Below are positions 28,201-38,500 of a stretch of DNA of 64,000 nt, in pieces. The notes beneath the pieces were generated by a model. The model did no database searches. It worked only from the letters and a program-made list of their open reading frames with translations, and was not told the origin of the DNA. The stretch is from an uncultured bacterium (GTDB taxonomy: Bacteria > CAYJRR01): positions 1 through 64,000 of the forward strand of contig CAYJRR010000007.1 of NCBI GenBank assembly GCA_964372275.1. The letters are read 5' to 3'. A program made the position numbers and the translations under genes. Position 1 is the first letter of the stretch. Every line of letters starts with the position of its first letter.

Positions 28201-31200
28201 CGGGTACGGCCACGACGTCGGCCACCGCCTCGGCGACGGCGTCGGCTGCCGTTACAGCCACGGCCGCGGGTGGAGCCTGCTTCTCCGCGCCTCGCCCTTT
28301 CGGCAACCGCCGACCTCCCCCCACCTCCACCGCCACGACCTCCGCCCGCCTCGCGCCCTCCGCGATCACGATTCCGGCCCCCTCCGCGTAGACCGCTCCG
28401 AGATCGATCTCGACCCCCGCCTCGGCGACCTTGGCGACCGCCCCGAGCAGCGCCCGGTATCCGTCCTGTCCGCGCTGGCACGCGGTGACGGCGAGGTGCT
28501 CCCTTCCGGCGAGGATCTTTCCGATCATCCGCGTGCACGACGCGCCGGGGCCCATCTCCACGAAGATCCGGACGCCGTCGGCGTAGGCGCGCTCGATCGT
28601 CTTCTGGAAGTCGAATCCACCGATCGCGTTGGCGAGGATCGACTCGGCGGCGCGCTCTTCGCTCGGGACGTAGCTCTCGCCCCAGGCGCCGCTGTAGAAG
28701 CGCACCCCGGTGGGAGGGCGGGTCGGGAGCCGGTGCAGCTCGCGATAGCGGTCGGCGACCGCGGAGACCAGCGGGAAGTGGACGGTCGGCACCCCTTCGA
28801 GGGCCACCGACTCGCAGCCGAGGGCGGCGACGGTTCGTTCGACGTCCGGGCGCCGTCCGCCGATCACGCACTCCTGCGGGGCGTTGACGATCAACAGCGC
28901 CGCCGTGCCCGCGAGCGACGCGCGCACCGTCTCCGCCGGGCGGTTCACCACCGCCACGAACCAGTCGGGTTCGGATCCCCACGCGGCGCGCGCCACCTCG
29001 CAGGGACCGGCGAGGTCGGTGCGGAACAGGGTCGAGCGGCGCGTGCGTTCGAACATCTCGTCCCGCGCAGTCCAGGCGCGCGAGGCAAAAAGCGCCGCCG
29101 ACTCGCCGAGGCTGTAGCCGATCATCGCGTCGGGCTTCAATCCGAACAGGCGCGCGGCATCGGCGACGGCGGTCCCGTGCGCGACCTGCGCCAGGATCCG
29201 CAGCTCCGTCGCCTCCGCGAGACGCGCCGACGCTTCGCGCTCCCATCCGTCGCTCCACGACGACCGCCAGGGGACGGCCGTCTCCGGGACGAGCTGCGAG
29301 CCGAGGCGCAGGCACTCCTCGTCCTGGCGCCGGTAGACGGCCGGGAGCGCGACCGCGAGCGAACGTCCCATCCCGAGGTAGTCGCTGCCCGAGCCGGGAA
29401 AGACGAACGCCAGTCCGCCCGAAAGGCGGCGGCCGCCGCGTTCGGAAGCGGCGGCGTCTCGACCGCGGGCAAGCTGCTGCAGGAGATCCGGCGCGCTCTC
29501 GGCGACGAGGGCGCGCGACACGGGACCGGTCGCTCCGCGGCGGTACCAGCGCGCCGCGAGCGATTCGATCGGCTCCTCGGCGTGCTCGAGTGCCAGGCGG
29601 CGCAACGCTTCGTCCGCATCGGGCCGCGCGGCCCCCGAGGCCCGCAGCAGGAACAGGCCGGCGCTCCGCTCGCCGAGCGGCCGCGCGCGCTCCGCGGCAT
29701 ACGCGGTCGACGGCCGCTCGACCGCCTCCAGCACGGCGTGGAGGCAGGTGCCGTCGATCGAGACGGCGCTCACACCCGCGCGGCGCGGCCCGTCGGCGCG
29801 GTCGCGCAGCCAGGCTTGCGGCTCGCGCGGCACGTGGAAGAAGGGGTGCGCGTCGAACGCGGCGTCGCTCGGGCTCCGGTACGCCGGCATCGGCGGGAGC
29901 AGCTCGTGGAAGAGGCACAGCGCCGCCTTGGCCACCGATGCCAGGCCCGCCGCCGCGCCGAGGTGCCCGACGACCGCCTTTGCCGATCCGACGGCGCATC
30001 GGCGCGGGCCGTCGACCGGGAAGAACCGGGCGAGGCTCCCCAGCTCCGCCTTGTCCTCCTCCGGCGCGCCGCTGCCGTGCCCCTCGATCAGCGCCACCGA
30101 GCGCGGTTCGACCCCCGCCTCTCCGTAGGCGCGCTCGAGCGCCCGCGCATAGGCGTCCGCCAGCGCGCCGCTCGCGGCGCCGATGCCCCGGACGACGGCG
30201 TAGATCCGATCGCCGTCGCGGGTCGCGTCGGCGAGCCGCTTCACCACCAGCGCCATCGCCCCTTCGCCGATCGCCGGGCCGTCGGCCTCGCGGTCGAACG
30301 GCCGGCTGGGACTCGTCCGCGTGTAGGGGCGGAGGCTGTCGGTGGCGAGGAACTGGCGCACGTCGCCGGCGAGATCGACGGCGCCGACCACGATCGCGTC
30401 GGCGTCGTGCCGTTGCAACAGGCGGCAGGCCGCCTCCAACGCGCGCAGGCCGGAGCCCTCCTCGTTGGCGATGACGAAGCTGGGACCGCCCAGCCGGAAC
30501 TCGCGCGCGAGCCGGCTGGCGACGATCCCGCCCAGGTTCCCCAACGTGCGTTGCGCGTCCAGCGGGGGCCCGAGCGCGTCGCAGACCGACTCCACCCAGC
30601 GCTCCGCCTCCGCAGGCAGCAGCCCGCGCGCGCGTGCCGCTTCCTGCGCCCGCGCGCGCAGCGCCCACCGGGCGTGGAAGGAGGTCGTCTCCAGATCGAG
30701 GCCGAGCCCGACCACGGCGCCGGTGCGGAGCCTCGCTTCGTCGCGTTCGCGGTCGCCGGAGGACCGCTCGGCGTCGGCGAGCGCCTCGGCCGCGACCTCC
30801 AGCATCAGGAGCTGCTGTGGCAGCACCGACGGCACCTCGCGCGGCGGCAGCTTGAAGCGGCCGACCGGCACCTCGACCCGCTCGATCCACGCGCCGCGCA
30901 CCGGATCGGTCTCCAGGAGCGCCTCGTCGATCCCCTTCCAGCGGTCGGTGGGCCGCGGATCGGTCACCGGCTCGCCGCGGAAGATCGCCCGGCGGAACGC
31001 GTCGGCGCCGGCGAGTCGCCCGGCCCTCGCCCCGATCCCGACGATCGCCACCGGCTCCACCGGCTCCGGTTCGGCGGCGGGGCGCTCGGCGGTCGGAGGT
31101 CGCTTGCGTCGCCGGCGGGTGGGGGCCGGCTCATGCTCCTCCACGAGCAGGTGCGCGTTGATCCCGCCGAAGCCGAAGGCGGAGACGGCGGCACGTCGGG

Positions 31201-32524
31201 GGCCCGTCGACTCCCACGACTCGGGCGCTTCCAGCACCCGGAAGGGCGACCCCGCCAGCCCCTCGGCGGCGCTCTCCCGCGCGAAGTTCGCCGACGGCGG
31301 CAAGGTGCGCGCGCGCAGCGCCAGCAACACCTTCGCCAGACCCGCGGCCCCGGCGGCGGTCAGCAGGTGTCCGACGTTGGACTTCACCGAGCCGATCACG
31401 GCGCGCGATCCCGCCGGCGCCTCGCCCCACAGGGCGCGGAGGCTCGTGATCTCCACGGCGTCGCCGCGCGGAGTCCCCGTGCCATGGCACTCGATCAGAC
31501 CGACCTCCGGCGGAGTCCACCCGGCGGCGGCATAGGCCTGACGCATCGCGCGCAGCTGGCCTTCGCTGTCGGGGGAGAGGAGGCTGCCGCCGACGTCGTT
31601 GGACAGTCCGATTCCGCGGATCACCCCCAGCACCGGGTCGCCGGCGTCGATCGCGTCCTCGAGACGCTTGAGAAGGAAGATCCCCGCCCCTTCGCCGACC
31701 ACCAACCCGTCGGCCCGCCGGTCGAACGGCGCGCAGACGCCGGACGGCGAGAGCGCCTGTAGCTGGCTGAACCCGAGCTGCGTGTAGAGGCACTGCGGCC
31801 GCGAGACGCCCCCGGCCAGCACGGCGTCGGCGCGGCGCGACTGCAGCTCCAGGCAGGCGAGGTGGATCGCGTAGAGCGACGACGCGCAGGCGGCGTCGAG
31901 GGTGTAGCTGCCGCCGCCGAGCCCCAGCGCGATCCCGAGAAGCCCCGCGGGAAGCGCGCTCGGATGGCGGTCGTACGCGGGGGCGCCCAATCCCCGCCGT
32001 GGGTCGACGCCACCGCCGATCCCGAAGGCGGCGTCGAACGCGCCCCCCAGGATGCTGTCGGCCATCGACGAGGTGGCGTCGGTAGGGAGGGCGATGTTCG
32101 CGGGCACGATCCCCACCCGAGCGCGGTCGATCCGCTCGATCGGCGAGGCTTGCCAGGCGTCGAGCCCGACGCGGAGCACCAGCCGATGGAGCGGGTCGAG
32201 CGACTCGATCCCCGTGGGGTCGAGACCGGCGCGCTCGAGATCGGACGGGTCGAGGTCGAACGGGTCGAGGAGGCAGGCGCGGGTGGAGTAGAGCTTGTCC
32301 GGGGCGAACCCCTTGGCCAGCACCGTCTCGGGAGGCACCGGCCACCGGTCGGGTGGAATCTCGCGGGAGGCGCTTTCCCGCGAGACGACGTTTCGCCACA
32401 GCGTGTGGAGGTTCGGCGCCCCGGGGAACCGCCCCGCCCCTCCGACGATCGCGATCGGCGAAAACTTCGTCCGCCGGCTCCCCGCCGGCGTTAGCTCTCG
32501 CTCCGCTCGCAATGGTAGCGTCAT
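25229..32524 (-). CDS. pfaBC: PUFA synthase PfaBC/Pfa3-type subunit: KS-CLF-AT plus FabA-like DH domains
   Basis: KS DAACASS/ECHGTGT/GHLL; CLF lacking Cys (IANEEGSG); AT GYSLGE; DH motifs [15 protein letters not shown] and [17 protein letters not shown] at 32524 overlaps the upstream stop. Confidence 0.88.
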   Translation of the reverse strand: MTLPLRAERELTPAGSRRTKFSPIAIVGGAGRFPGAPNLHTLWRNVVSRESASREIPPDRWPVPPETVLAKGFAPDKLYSTRACLLDPFDLDPSDLERAGLDPTGIESLDPLHRLVLRVGLDAWQASPIERIDRARVGIVPANIALPTDATSSMADSILGGAFDAAFGIGGGVDPRRGLGAPAYDRHPSALPAGLLGIALGLGGGSYTLDAACASSLYAIHLACLELQSRRADAVLAGGVSRPQCLYTQLGFSQLQALSPSGVCAPFDRRADGLVVGEGAGIFLLKRLEDAIDAGDPVLGVIRGIGLSNDVGGSLLSPDSEGQLRAMRQAYAAAGWTPPEVGLIECHGTGTPRGDAVEITSLRALWGEAPAGSRAVIGSVKSNVGHLLTAAGAAGLAKVLLALRARTLPPSANFARESAAEGLAGSPFRVLEAPESWESTGPRRAAVSAFGFGGINAHLLVEEHEPAPTRRRRKRPPTAERPAAEPEPVEPVAIVGIGARAGRLAGADAFRRAIFRGEPVTDPRPTDRWKGIDEALLETDPVRGAWIERVEVPVGRFKLPPREVPSVLPQQLLMLEVAAEALADAERSSGDRERDEARLRTGAVVGLGLDLETTSFHARWALRARAQEAARARGLLPAEAERWVESVCDALGPPLDAQRTLGNLGGIVASRLAREFRLGGPSFVIANEEGSGLRALEAACRLLQRHDADAIVVGAVDLAGDVRQFLATDSLRPYTRTSPSRPFDREADGPAIGEGAMALVVKRLADATRDGDRIYAVVRGIGAASGALADAYARALERAYGEAGVEPRSVALIEGHGSGAPEEDKAELGSLARFFPVDGPRRCAVGSAKAVVGHLGAAAGLASVAKAALCLFHELLPPMPAYRSPSDAAFDAHPFFHVPREPQAWLRDRADGPRRAGVSAVSIDGTCLHAVLEAVERPSTAYAAERARPLGERSAGLFLLRASGAARPDADEALRRLALEHAEEPIESLAARWYRRGATGPVSRALVAESAPDLLQQLARGRDAAASERGGRRLSGGLAFVFPGSGSDYLGMGRSLAVALPAVYRRQDEECLRLGSQLVPETAVPWRSSWSDGWEREASARLAEATELRILAQVAHGTAVADAARLFGLKPDAMIGYSLGESAALFASRAWTARDEMFERTRRSTLFRTDLAGPCEVARAAWGSEPDWFVAVVNRPAETVRASLAGTAALLIVNAPQECVIGGRRPDVERTVAALGCESVALEGVPTVHFPLVSAVADRYRELHRLPTRPPTGVRFYSGAWGESYVPSEERAAESILANAIGGFDFQKTIERAYADGVRIFVEMGPGASCTRMIGKILAGREHLAVTACQRGQDGYRALLGAVAKVAEAGVEIDLGAVYAEGAGIVIAEGARRAEVVAVEVGGGRRLPKGRGAEKQAPPAAVAVTAADAVAEAVADVVAVPVAVPVPVAVAEAVAEPEAESESVAESDPRPVPGPRPSPKPRPWEDPSTNGLPQQGHPSVADSAWAATATPAAFAAGVALAMRPLPPGVPSPLASAAAAAAAHEAFLQLNARYVALQREALLEQQRMIEALARALPSRGLSAIPANGTAIRSTAAAATTPTAAPAFDRALCMEFAIGSIGKMLGPRFADVDAHPTRVRLPDEPLMLVDRIVEVEGEPDSMTSGAVVTEHDVVSGAWYLDGGRAPVCISVEAGQADLFLSGYLGIDHQTKGLRVYRLLDAKIVFHRDLPVPGETIRYDIRIDRFIRQGETWLFFFRFDGTIAGSPFITMYDGCAGFFSDAQLREGRGIVGDLPDERPARRLGPDGKPTAPFTPLVPKERERYDDTYGDAQVEALRRGDLAACFGPAFDGLSLDPRLRLPSGRMRLVDRIVDLDPDGGRFGLGQVIGEADIHPDDWFLTCHFSDDPVMPGTLMYECCLHTLRVLLLRMGWIATDGDGADLHYAPVEGIASRLRCRGQVIPETKKVTYRIELKEIGYDPEPYVLADASMFADGRHVVEMESMSVRVRGLTKEGLERFWAARAETPQQGPPSHAVADSVSVASPVPVAVPASAATPAAASVAPLFSREQILAYSIGDPSACFGEPYRVFDKERRLARLPGPPYLFVDRVTACEPKPWILEPGGWVTCEYDVPPDAWYFRASGQPVMPFAVLLEAALQPCGWLAAYLGSALTSDDDLHFRNLDGTATAFREVTPSTGTLTMRARLTKTSQAGGMILQKFDMEILAGRDPVYRGNTDFGFFPASALAQQVGIRGAERWKGFGRSFGLPRLAPVRPDDAVGPPPAKARLALPATAFSMVDRIDALSLDGGPNGFGFVAGSKKVDPDEWFFAAHFYQDPVMPGSLGLEALIQLLKVYARERYKALAESRRFQVLALGREHRWTYRGQVLPSDRLVTVAAQIVGVEEGPEPVVIADGQLAVDGRVIYSMKRFALRLVEDT
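28026..28080. repeat. Palindromic linker repeat, full copy 1 (other full copies 36013-36067 and 36481-36535; half copies 26441-26461 and 35703-35726)
   Basis: ACCGAGGGA(T/G)GACCCTGCTGCG-N-ACCG(C/T)TCGTAGAAGGGTC..CCCACGGAC, encoding PW(E/D/V)DPST(N/S)GL(P/S)QQG(H/P)PSV. Confidence 0.85.
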
Positions 32525-35500
32525 GCCGGTCGCTGGGTGGAGCGCCCTTCGGAGAAGGCCCGCTCCAGCGTCGGGCTCACGGTGCAGACGAACCCTTCCA
32601 GCCGACCGACGAGCGATCCACCCGCATCGACCAGGTCGATGTCGGAGACGACGCTGCTCCCTTCCACGTTGCGCACCGCGACCACCGCGCGCACGCCGTC
32701 GCCGGGGATCGCCGCGAACTGCCGATAGGCGTCGAGACGCGCCGGGAGCGAGGGGGCGCCGTGCCGTTCGCGGCACCAGAGGATCAACGCCTGGAAGACG
32801 CCGTCGACCACCATCGGGTCGGTCGTCCAGCGCGGATCGGAGGTCCCTTCGATCCACATCGAAGGCTTCGGAGCCGACTTCAGGCGCAACGCCATCCCGG
32901 TCTCGGAGATCCCCTCCACCGTCTCGATGGCGTGGAGCCGCGGGCCGTGGAACAGGAGCTCGCCGTAGAGCGGACGCTTGGCGTAGGTGCCCAGCGTCCC
33001 CGGCGAGACGATTCCGGTCGGGGCGATGGCCGGTCCGAGACCGACCACCGCCACCGCCCGCGCGGTCGTCGCCCGCTCGCCCGCCGACAGCGCCGGGTTC
33101 TTCTCCGCCACGGTCGCGGCCGCCCGCTCCTCCGCCTCGTCGAGCAGGTCGCTCAGCCGCACGTTCTCGCCCGCCCGCGTCCGGAACGGCCGCCCGTCCT
33201 CCCCCAGCATCATCCCGAACGCCGCGTGCTCGAGCGTGGCCCGCTCGCCGGGGTGGCCGGGCACGGCGGTGTACCCCGCGCGATCCGCCGCCGCGAACAC
33301 CTGCCGGAAGTGCAGCCCCAGCCCCGCGTCCACGGCGTAGATCACGCGCTGCGCCCCCAGCGGCAGCACGCGGTGGCGGATCCCCGCGACGTCGGTCGTG
33401 GCGTAGAGATAGCCCCCGTNNNNNNNNNNCCCGCGCGTGCACCACGTCGCCGTGTCCGCGCAGCTCGACCTCGACGCGCGCCCCGCCGTCGAACGGCCGC
33501 GGGGGACCGGTCCAGACGCCGACGTCTTCGGTGGCGCTTCCCAGCGTCACCCCGCGCAGCACCTTCATCTGCTCGAGCGCATGGAAGGCGCTCCCCGGGA
33601 CGGCTCGTGCCGCGGCGCGCGCGAACCATTCGATCATCATCGCCATCGGCAGCACCGGACGGCCGGCGAGCACGTGGTCCCCCAGGTAGTGGTGCGTCCG
33701 CGGATCGAGACGATGCGCGGCGGCCAGGACGTGGGCCGACACGTCCGGCGAATCGGCGGCGCCGAAGCCGGAGCCGACCACCACCTCCACCGGTCCGCCC
33801 GGGGCCGACTGCGCTTCCTCGACGAGCCGCTGTGCGCCGCCGCGCAGGTCGATCAACGCCACCCCTTCGCGCTCGAACTCCCGCTTGAGGGCCGGGGTGA
33901 CCATCCCGCCGTCCCAGGGACCCCAGTCGAGCGCGACCACGCGGCACCCCTCGCGCGCCCTCGCCTCGCGTTGCGCGATCCCGACCAGCGCCTGGTTGGC
34001 CATCGCGTAGTCGGACTGCCCACGGCGGCCGAATCGTCCGCTCACCGACGCGAACAGAGCGATCAGACGGAGGTCGTCGCCGCGCGTCGCCGCCAGGAGC
34101 GATCGCAGCCCCGCGACCTTGGTGTCGAACACCTGGTCGAGGTCGTCGTCGCTCTTGTCCTCGATCCGCCGGTCTCGCAGCACGCCGGCACCGTGGAGCA
34201 GACCGCGGATCGGCCCCAGCGAGATCCGGGTTTCGACCAGAATCTTGTCGAGCGCCGCCGGATCGCGAACGTCGACCGCACGGTAGCGCGCCCGGATCTT
34301 CGCCGCCGCGAGGCGCTCGAGCGTCGAGCGCGCCTCCCGGGCGGCGAGCGCGGCGCGTGCCGCTTCGCCGATCGCCTTGGGCGAGGAGCGCACCTCGGGA
34401 GGGGCGTTCTCCAGGAGCGCGCGCTTGATCGCCGCTTCGTCCCCGGCCTTCGCGAGCCACGCGGGCTCGGGGGCCGGCTCGGGGGAGCGACCGAGGAGCA
34501 GGAGCGACACGCGCCGCGATTCCGCCAGCGCGATGGCGCACTCCGCGGTGACGCCGCGCGCTCCGCCGGTCACGACCACCACGTCCCCTTCGGACAGGCG
34601 ATCGGGATCGAGCGTCACCGGGAGCTCGCGGAGCGCGAGACCGACGCGCCCCGCCGGACCGAGACCGACTTCGTCGGGGCCTTCGGAGGACAGCTCGGCG
34701 AGGATCGCCTCGGCCGCCTCTTCCGGCGGCAGGTCGGCGGCGACGTCGAGCGAACGGCAGCGGACGCCCGGCCACTCGTGGCGCGCGCTCTTCACCAGGC
34801 CGCCGAGCGCCGCCGAGATCGGGCTACCGCCGGCGATCGGCGGAACGGTGTGACCGAACGCGCCGTCGAAGCGGACGACCGAGGCGAGGAACGCGCCTCC
34901 CCGGTCGGCCGACTCGCGCAGCGCCGGTCCGGCCAGCCGCGTCAGCTGGAACGCCTCCTTGACCCGGCGCTCCTCGCGGGCCGACCAGGGATCGGCCTCG
35001 GCGGGGAGATCGCCGAGCAGCAGGAGCCCGGCGATCGGGCCGGTCGGTCGCGCGAACGGGGCACGAAGGGTGCGCGCCTTCACGCCGCGCTTGGCGAGCC
35101 GGTCGACGAGCGCGGGCGCGAGCGGCGTGCCGTCGCCGCTTTCGAGCACCAGGATCTCCCCCCCCTCGCGAAGGGCGAGACGACCGGGCTCCGCCGGAGG
35201 GAGCTGCACGGGAACGACCGACCGGCGCGGTGGACGCGCGTGCGGCGAGGAGGCCTTCGTTTCGGTTCGCGGAACGGGCGGCGTTGCCGCGCCGTTCGCC
35301 TTCGCGGTGGAGCGGGGAGCGGACGCGGTCTCCGGCGCCGCCGGGGCAGCCTTCGCGGCGGCGGGGGCGATGTGTCCGAGGACCTGCCGCAGCGTCCGGA
35401 GCGAGCCCAAGTGCTCGGGGTCGACCGAGGGGGCCTCGGGCAGGCGCTTGGTGAGGAGCGAGAGGATCTCGACCCGCTTGATCGAATCGATGCCGAGGTC

Positions 35501-38500
35501 GGCCTCGAGGTCCATGTCGAGGTCGAGCATCTCGGTCGGGTAACCGGTGAGCTCGGAGACGACGGACAGAAGCGCGGCGCGGGCGGCGTCGGATGCGGGC
35601 GCGGCCGCGGCCGGTGTGGCTGTCGGGGTAACGACGCCGGCGGCCGCGGTCGCGGTCGCAACCGAGACCGAGACCGAGACCGAGTCGGCGACCGCGGCCG
35701 CGACCGAGGGAGGACCCTGCTGCGAACGACTGTCGGCGGGGGAGACGAAGGCGGCGACCTGGCGGAGGGTGCGCAGGGAGCCCAGGTGCTCGGGGTCGAC
35801 GGTCGGCGCGTTGGGGAGGCGCTTGGTGAGCATCGAGAGGATCTCGACGCGNNNNNNNNNNGTCGGATAGCCGGTCGCTTCGGCGACGACGGCGAGGAGC
35901 GCGCCGAGGACGTCGGGCGACGATGCGGGGGGGTGCAGCCGCGGGGGCGACGGCCGGTGCCGCTGCCGCGGGTGCGGTCGCGACGGAGGCCGAGGCGGCG
36001 ACCGCGACCGCAACCGAGGGATGACCCTGCTGCGAAAGACCGCTCGTAGAAGGGTCATCCCACGGACGCGGCCTCGGACTCGGACTCGGACTCGGTCGCG
36101 ACCCCGGTACCGGTCGCGGTTCGGACCGCGGTTCGTCGGTGGCGTGGGGTGCACTTGAGTGATTGGCGACCGCGCTCGTGGCGTCGGTCAACAGGCCGTG
36201 CTGGCCGAGGAGTAGGGCCTGGAAGCTCCGCTGCGCATGGAGCTGCCCCTCGAGGAAGGTCTGGTGGACGCGGGCGGTCTGCTCCTGGAGCTCCTGCAGC
36301 GCACGCAGGCTTTCCTGGTTGGCGCGCAGCGCTTCGAGGAGGAGATCGCCGGAGCCGGGCGCGGCCGGGGTCGAAGCCGACGGCGTCGCCGGAGCCGACA
36401 CCGCAGACGACGTGGGCGGTGCACCGGCGGCGGCCGGGGTCGCGGTCGCGACCGAGGCCGAGGCGGCGGCCGCGACCGCGACCGAAGGAGGACCCTGCTG
36501 CGGAAGACCGCTCGTAGAAGGGTCCACCCACGGACTCGGCCCCGGGCTCGGACTCGGTCGCCGTCCCGGTACAGGTCGCGATTCCGGCTGCGATTCCGGC
36601 TGCGATTCCGCCCGCGAGATCCCCGCGGACCTCGCGGCGACCGGGACGGCCGGCATCGGCGGCTGCGGGGCTCGGTAGTTGGCGCCGGTGAGCGGCACCA
36701 CCATCTTCGCGACGCGCGGCGCCTTGGCCCAGGCAGGGAGGGCGCGCGGCGGCGGTTGGGTGCGCTCCCACTCGGTGAGCTCGACGGCGTGTCCGGCGCA
36801 GGCGACGCGCGCGAGCGCCTGCGCGAGCTCGAACAGTCCGCCGCGCTTGCCGCCGGCGTCGACGGCGATCGCCTCGTACGGCCGGTCGCCGAGGATCGAG
36901 CGCACCAGTCCCGTCAGGATCCCGCGCGGTCCGACCTCGACGAACGTCCGGGCGCCGTCGGCGTAGAGGCGCTCCACCACCTCGACGAACCTCACCGGCT
37001 TGGCGAGCTGCTCGGCGAGCAGGTCGCGCGCGGCGTCCGGATCCTCGGGGTAGGGCTCCGCCGTGCTGTCGGCGATCACCGGGATCCGCCCCGGCGCGAA
37101 CGACGCGTTTCGCAGGCCCTCGCGGAAGGCGTGCGCGGCGCCGGCGACGAGAGGGCTGTGGAACGCCGCCCCCACCGGGATGCGGCTGCAACGCATCGTG
37201 CGACCCTTGCACGCCGCCTCCGCGCGCGCGATCTCGTCGCGCCGCCCGGAGAGCACCCCCTGCAGCGGGGCGTTGCGGTTGGCGAGCACCAGGTCGAGCG
37301 TCTCCTCGGCGATCAGCCGCTCGATCTCGGTGAGCGGTGCCAACACCGCGAGCATCGTTCCGCGGTCCTCGCCGTTGCCGGCCATCAGCCTCCCGCGCAG
37401 CCGCGAAAGCTGGTCGAGCTCGTCGGCCCCCAGGCGTCCGGCGGCGTGCAGCGCCGTGAGCTCGCCGTAGCTGTGTCCGGCGACGCGTGCCGGCCGCACG
37501 CCGAACCGTTCCAGCACCGCGAGCAGGCCGCGGCTCACGGCGCCGATCGCCGGCTGGGCGACGTCGGTGCGGGTCAGCGCCTCCTCCCGGCGCTTCTTCT
37601 CCACGGCGTCGAACGTCGGCGGCGGATGGATCGCCGCGGCGATCTCGGAGGCCGATTCGACCGCCTCCAGCGCCTCCGGGAAGAGGCACGCGATCTCCCG
37701 CAGCATCCCCACCGACTGCGCCCCTTGCCCGGGGAATAGGAAGGCGATCTCACCGCCGGCCGTGCCGACACCGTAGTGCAGACCGTCCTTCGAGAACGGC
37801 TTGCCCGCGGCCAGGCGCTCCCGCGCGGTGGCGGCGAGCGCCTTCCTGTCGTCCCCCGGCTCGTACACCGCGATCAGGCGATGGCCGTGCGCCGCCGAGA
37901 AGGTCTCGCGCGACCGCGCGGCGAAGGCGGTCGCGTCCTCCGCCGCCGCCCACGCGTCGAGCGCGGAGAGGATCCCCGCGACGTCGGGACCGGAGAACGC
38001 GGCGATCTCGACCGCGCCGTCCCACGCCGGTTCCCGGCGCTTCGGGTGGTACTCCTCGAGCACCACGTGGAAGTTGCTCCCGCCGAAACCAAAGGAGCTG
38101 ACCGCCGCGCGCCGCGGATGGTCGGCGGCGGAGATCCAGGGCCTTGCCTCCGTCGACAGGTAGAACGGCGTCTCGTCGATCTTCATCGCCGGGTTCGGGC
38201 TGTCGACCTTGATCGTCGGCGGAAGCACCTTGTGGTCGAGCGCCAGCGCCGCCTTGATCAGCCCCGCCGCGCCGGCCGCCGCCTTGGTGTGCCCGATCTG
38301 CGACTTCACCGAGCCGAGCGCGCACCAGCCGGCGTCGGGCGCGTCCTCCCGGTACACCGTCGTGAGCGCCTCGAACTCGGCCGCGTCTCCGGCCTTGGTC
38401 CCCGTCCCGTGCCCTTCGAGGAGTCCGATCGTCCGCGGCCGCACCCCCGCCGCCTGGTAGGCGGCCCGGAGGGCGCGCGCCTGCCCCGCCGGAACCGGCG

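Noticed and set aside
33065-33419. Genuine ArgRS-PKS fusion (tRNA-dependent chemistry)
   Set aside because: The fragment lacks the HIGH region and anticodon domain, abuts a gap, and its removal at an 8-bp microhomology restores the DH domain exactly.
25229-36154. Single 3641-aa PKS in the ORF track
   Set aside because: Artificial read-through across N gaps; the stretch near 32525-33419 is off-frame. PfaA ends at 32521 and PfaBC starts at 32524.
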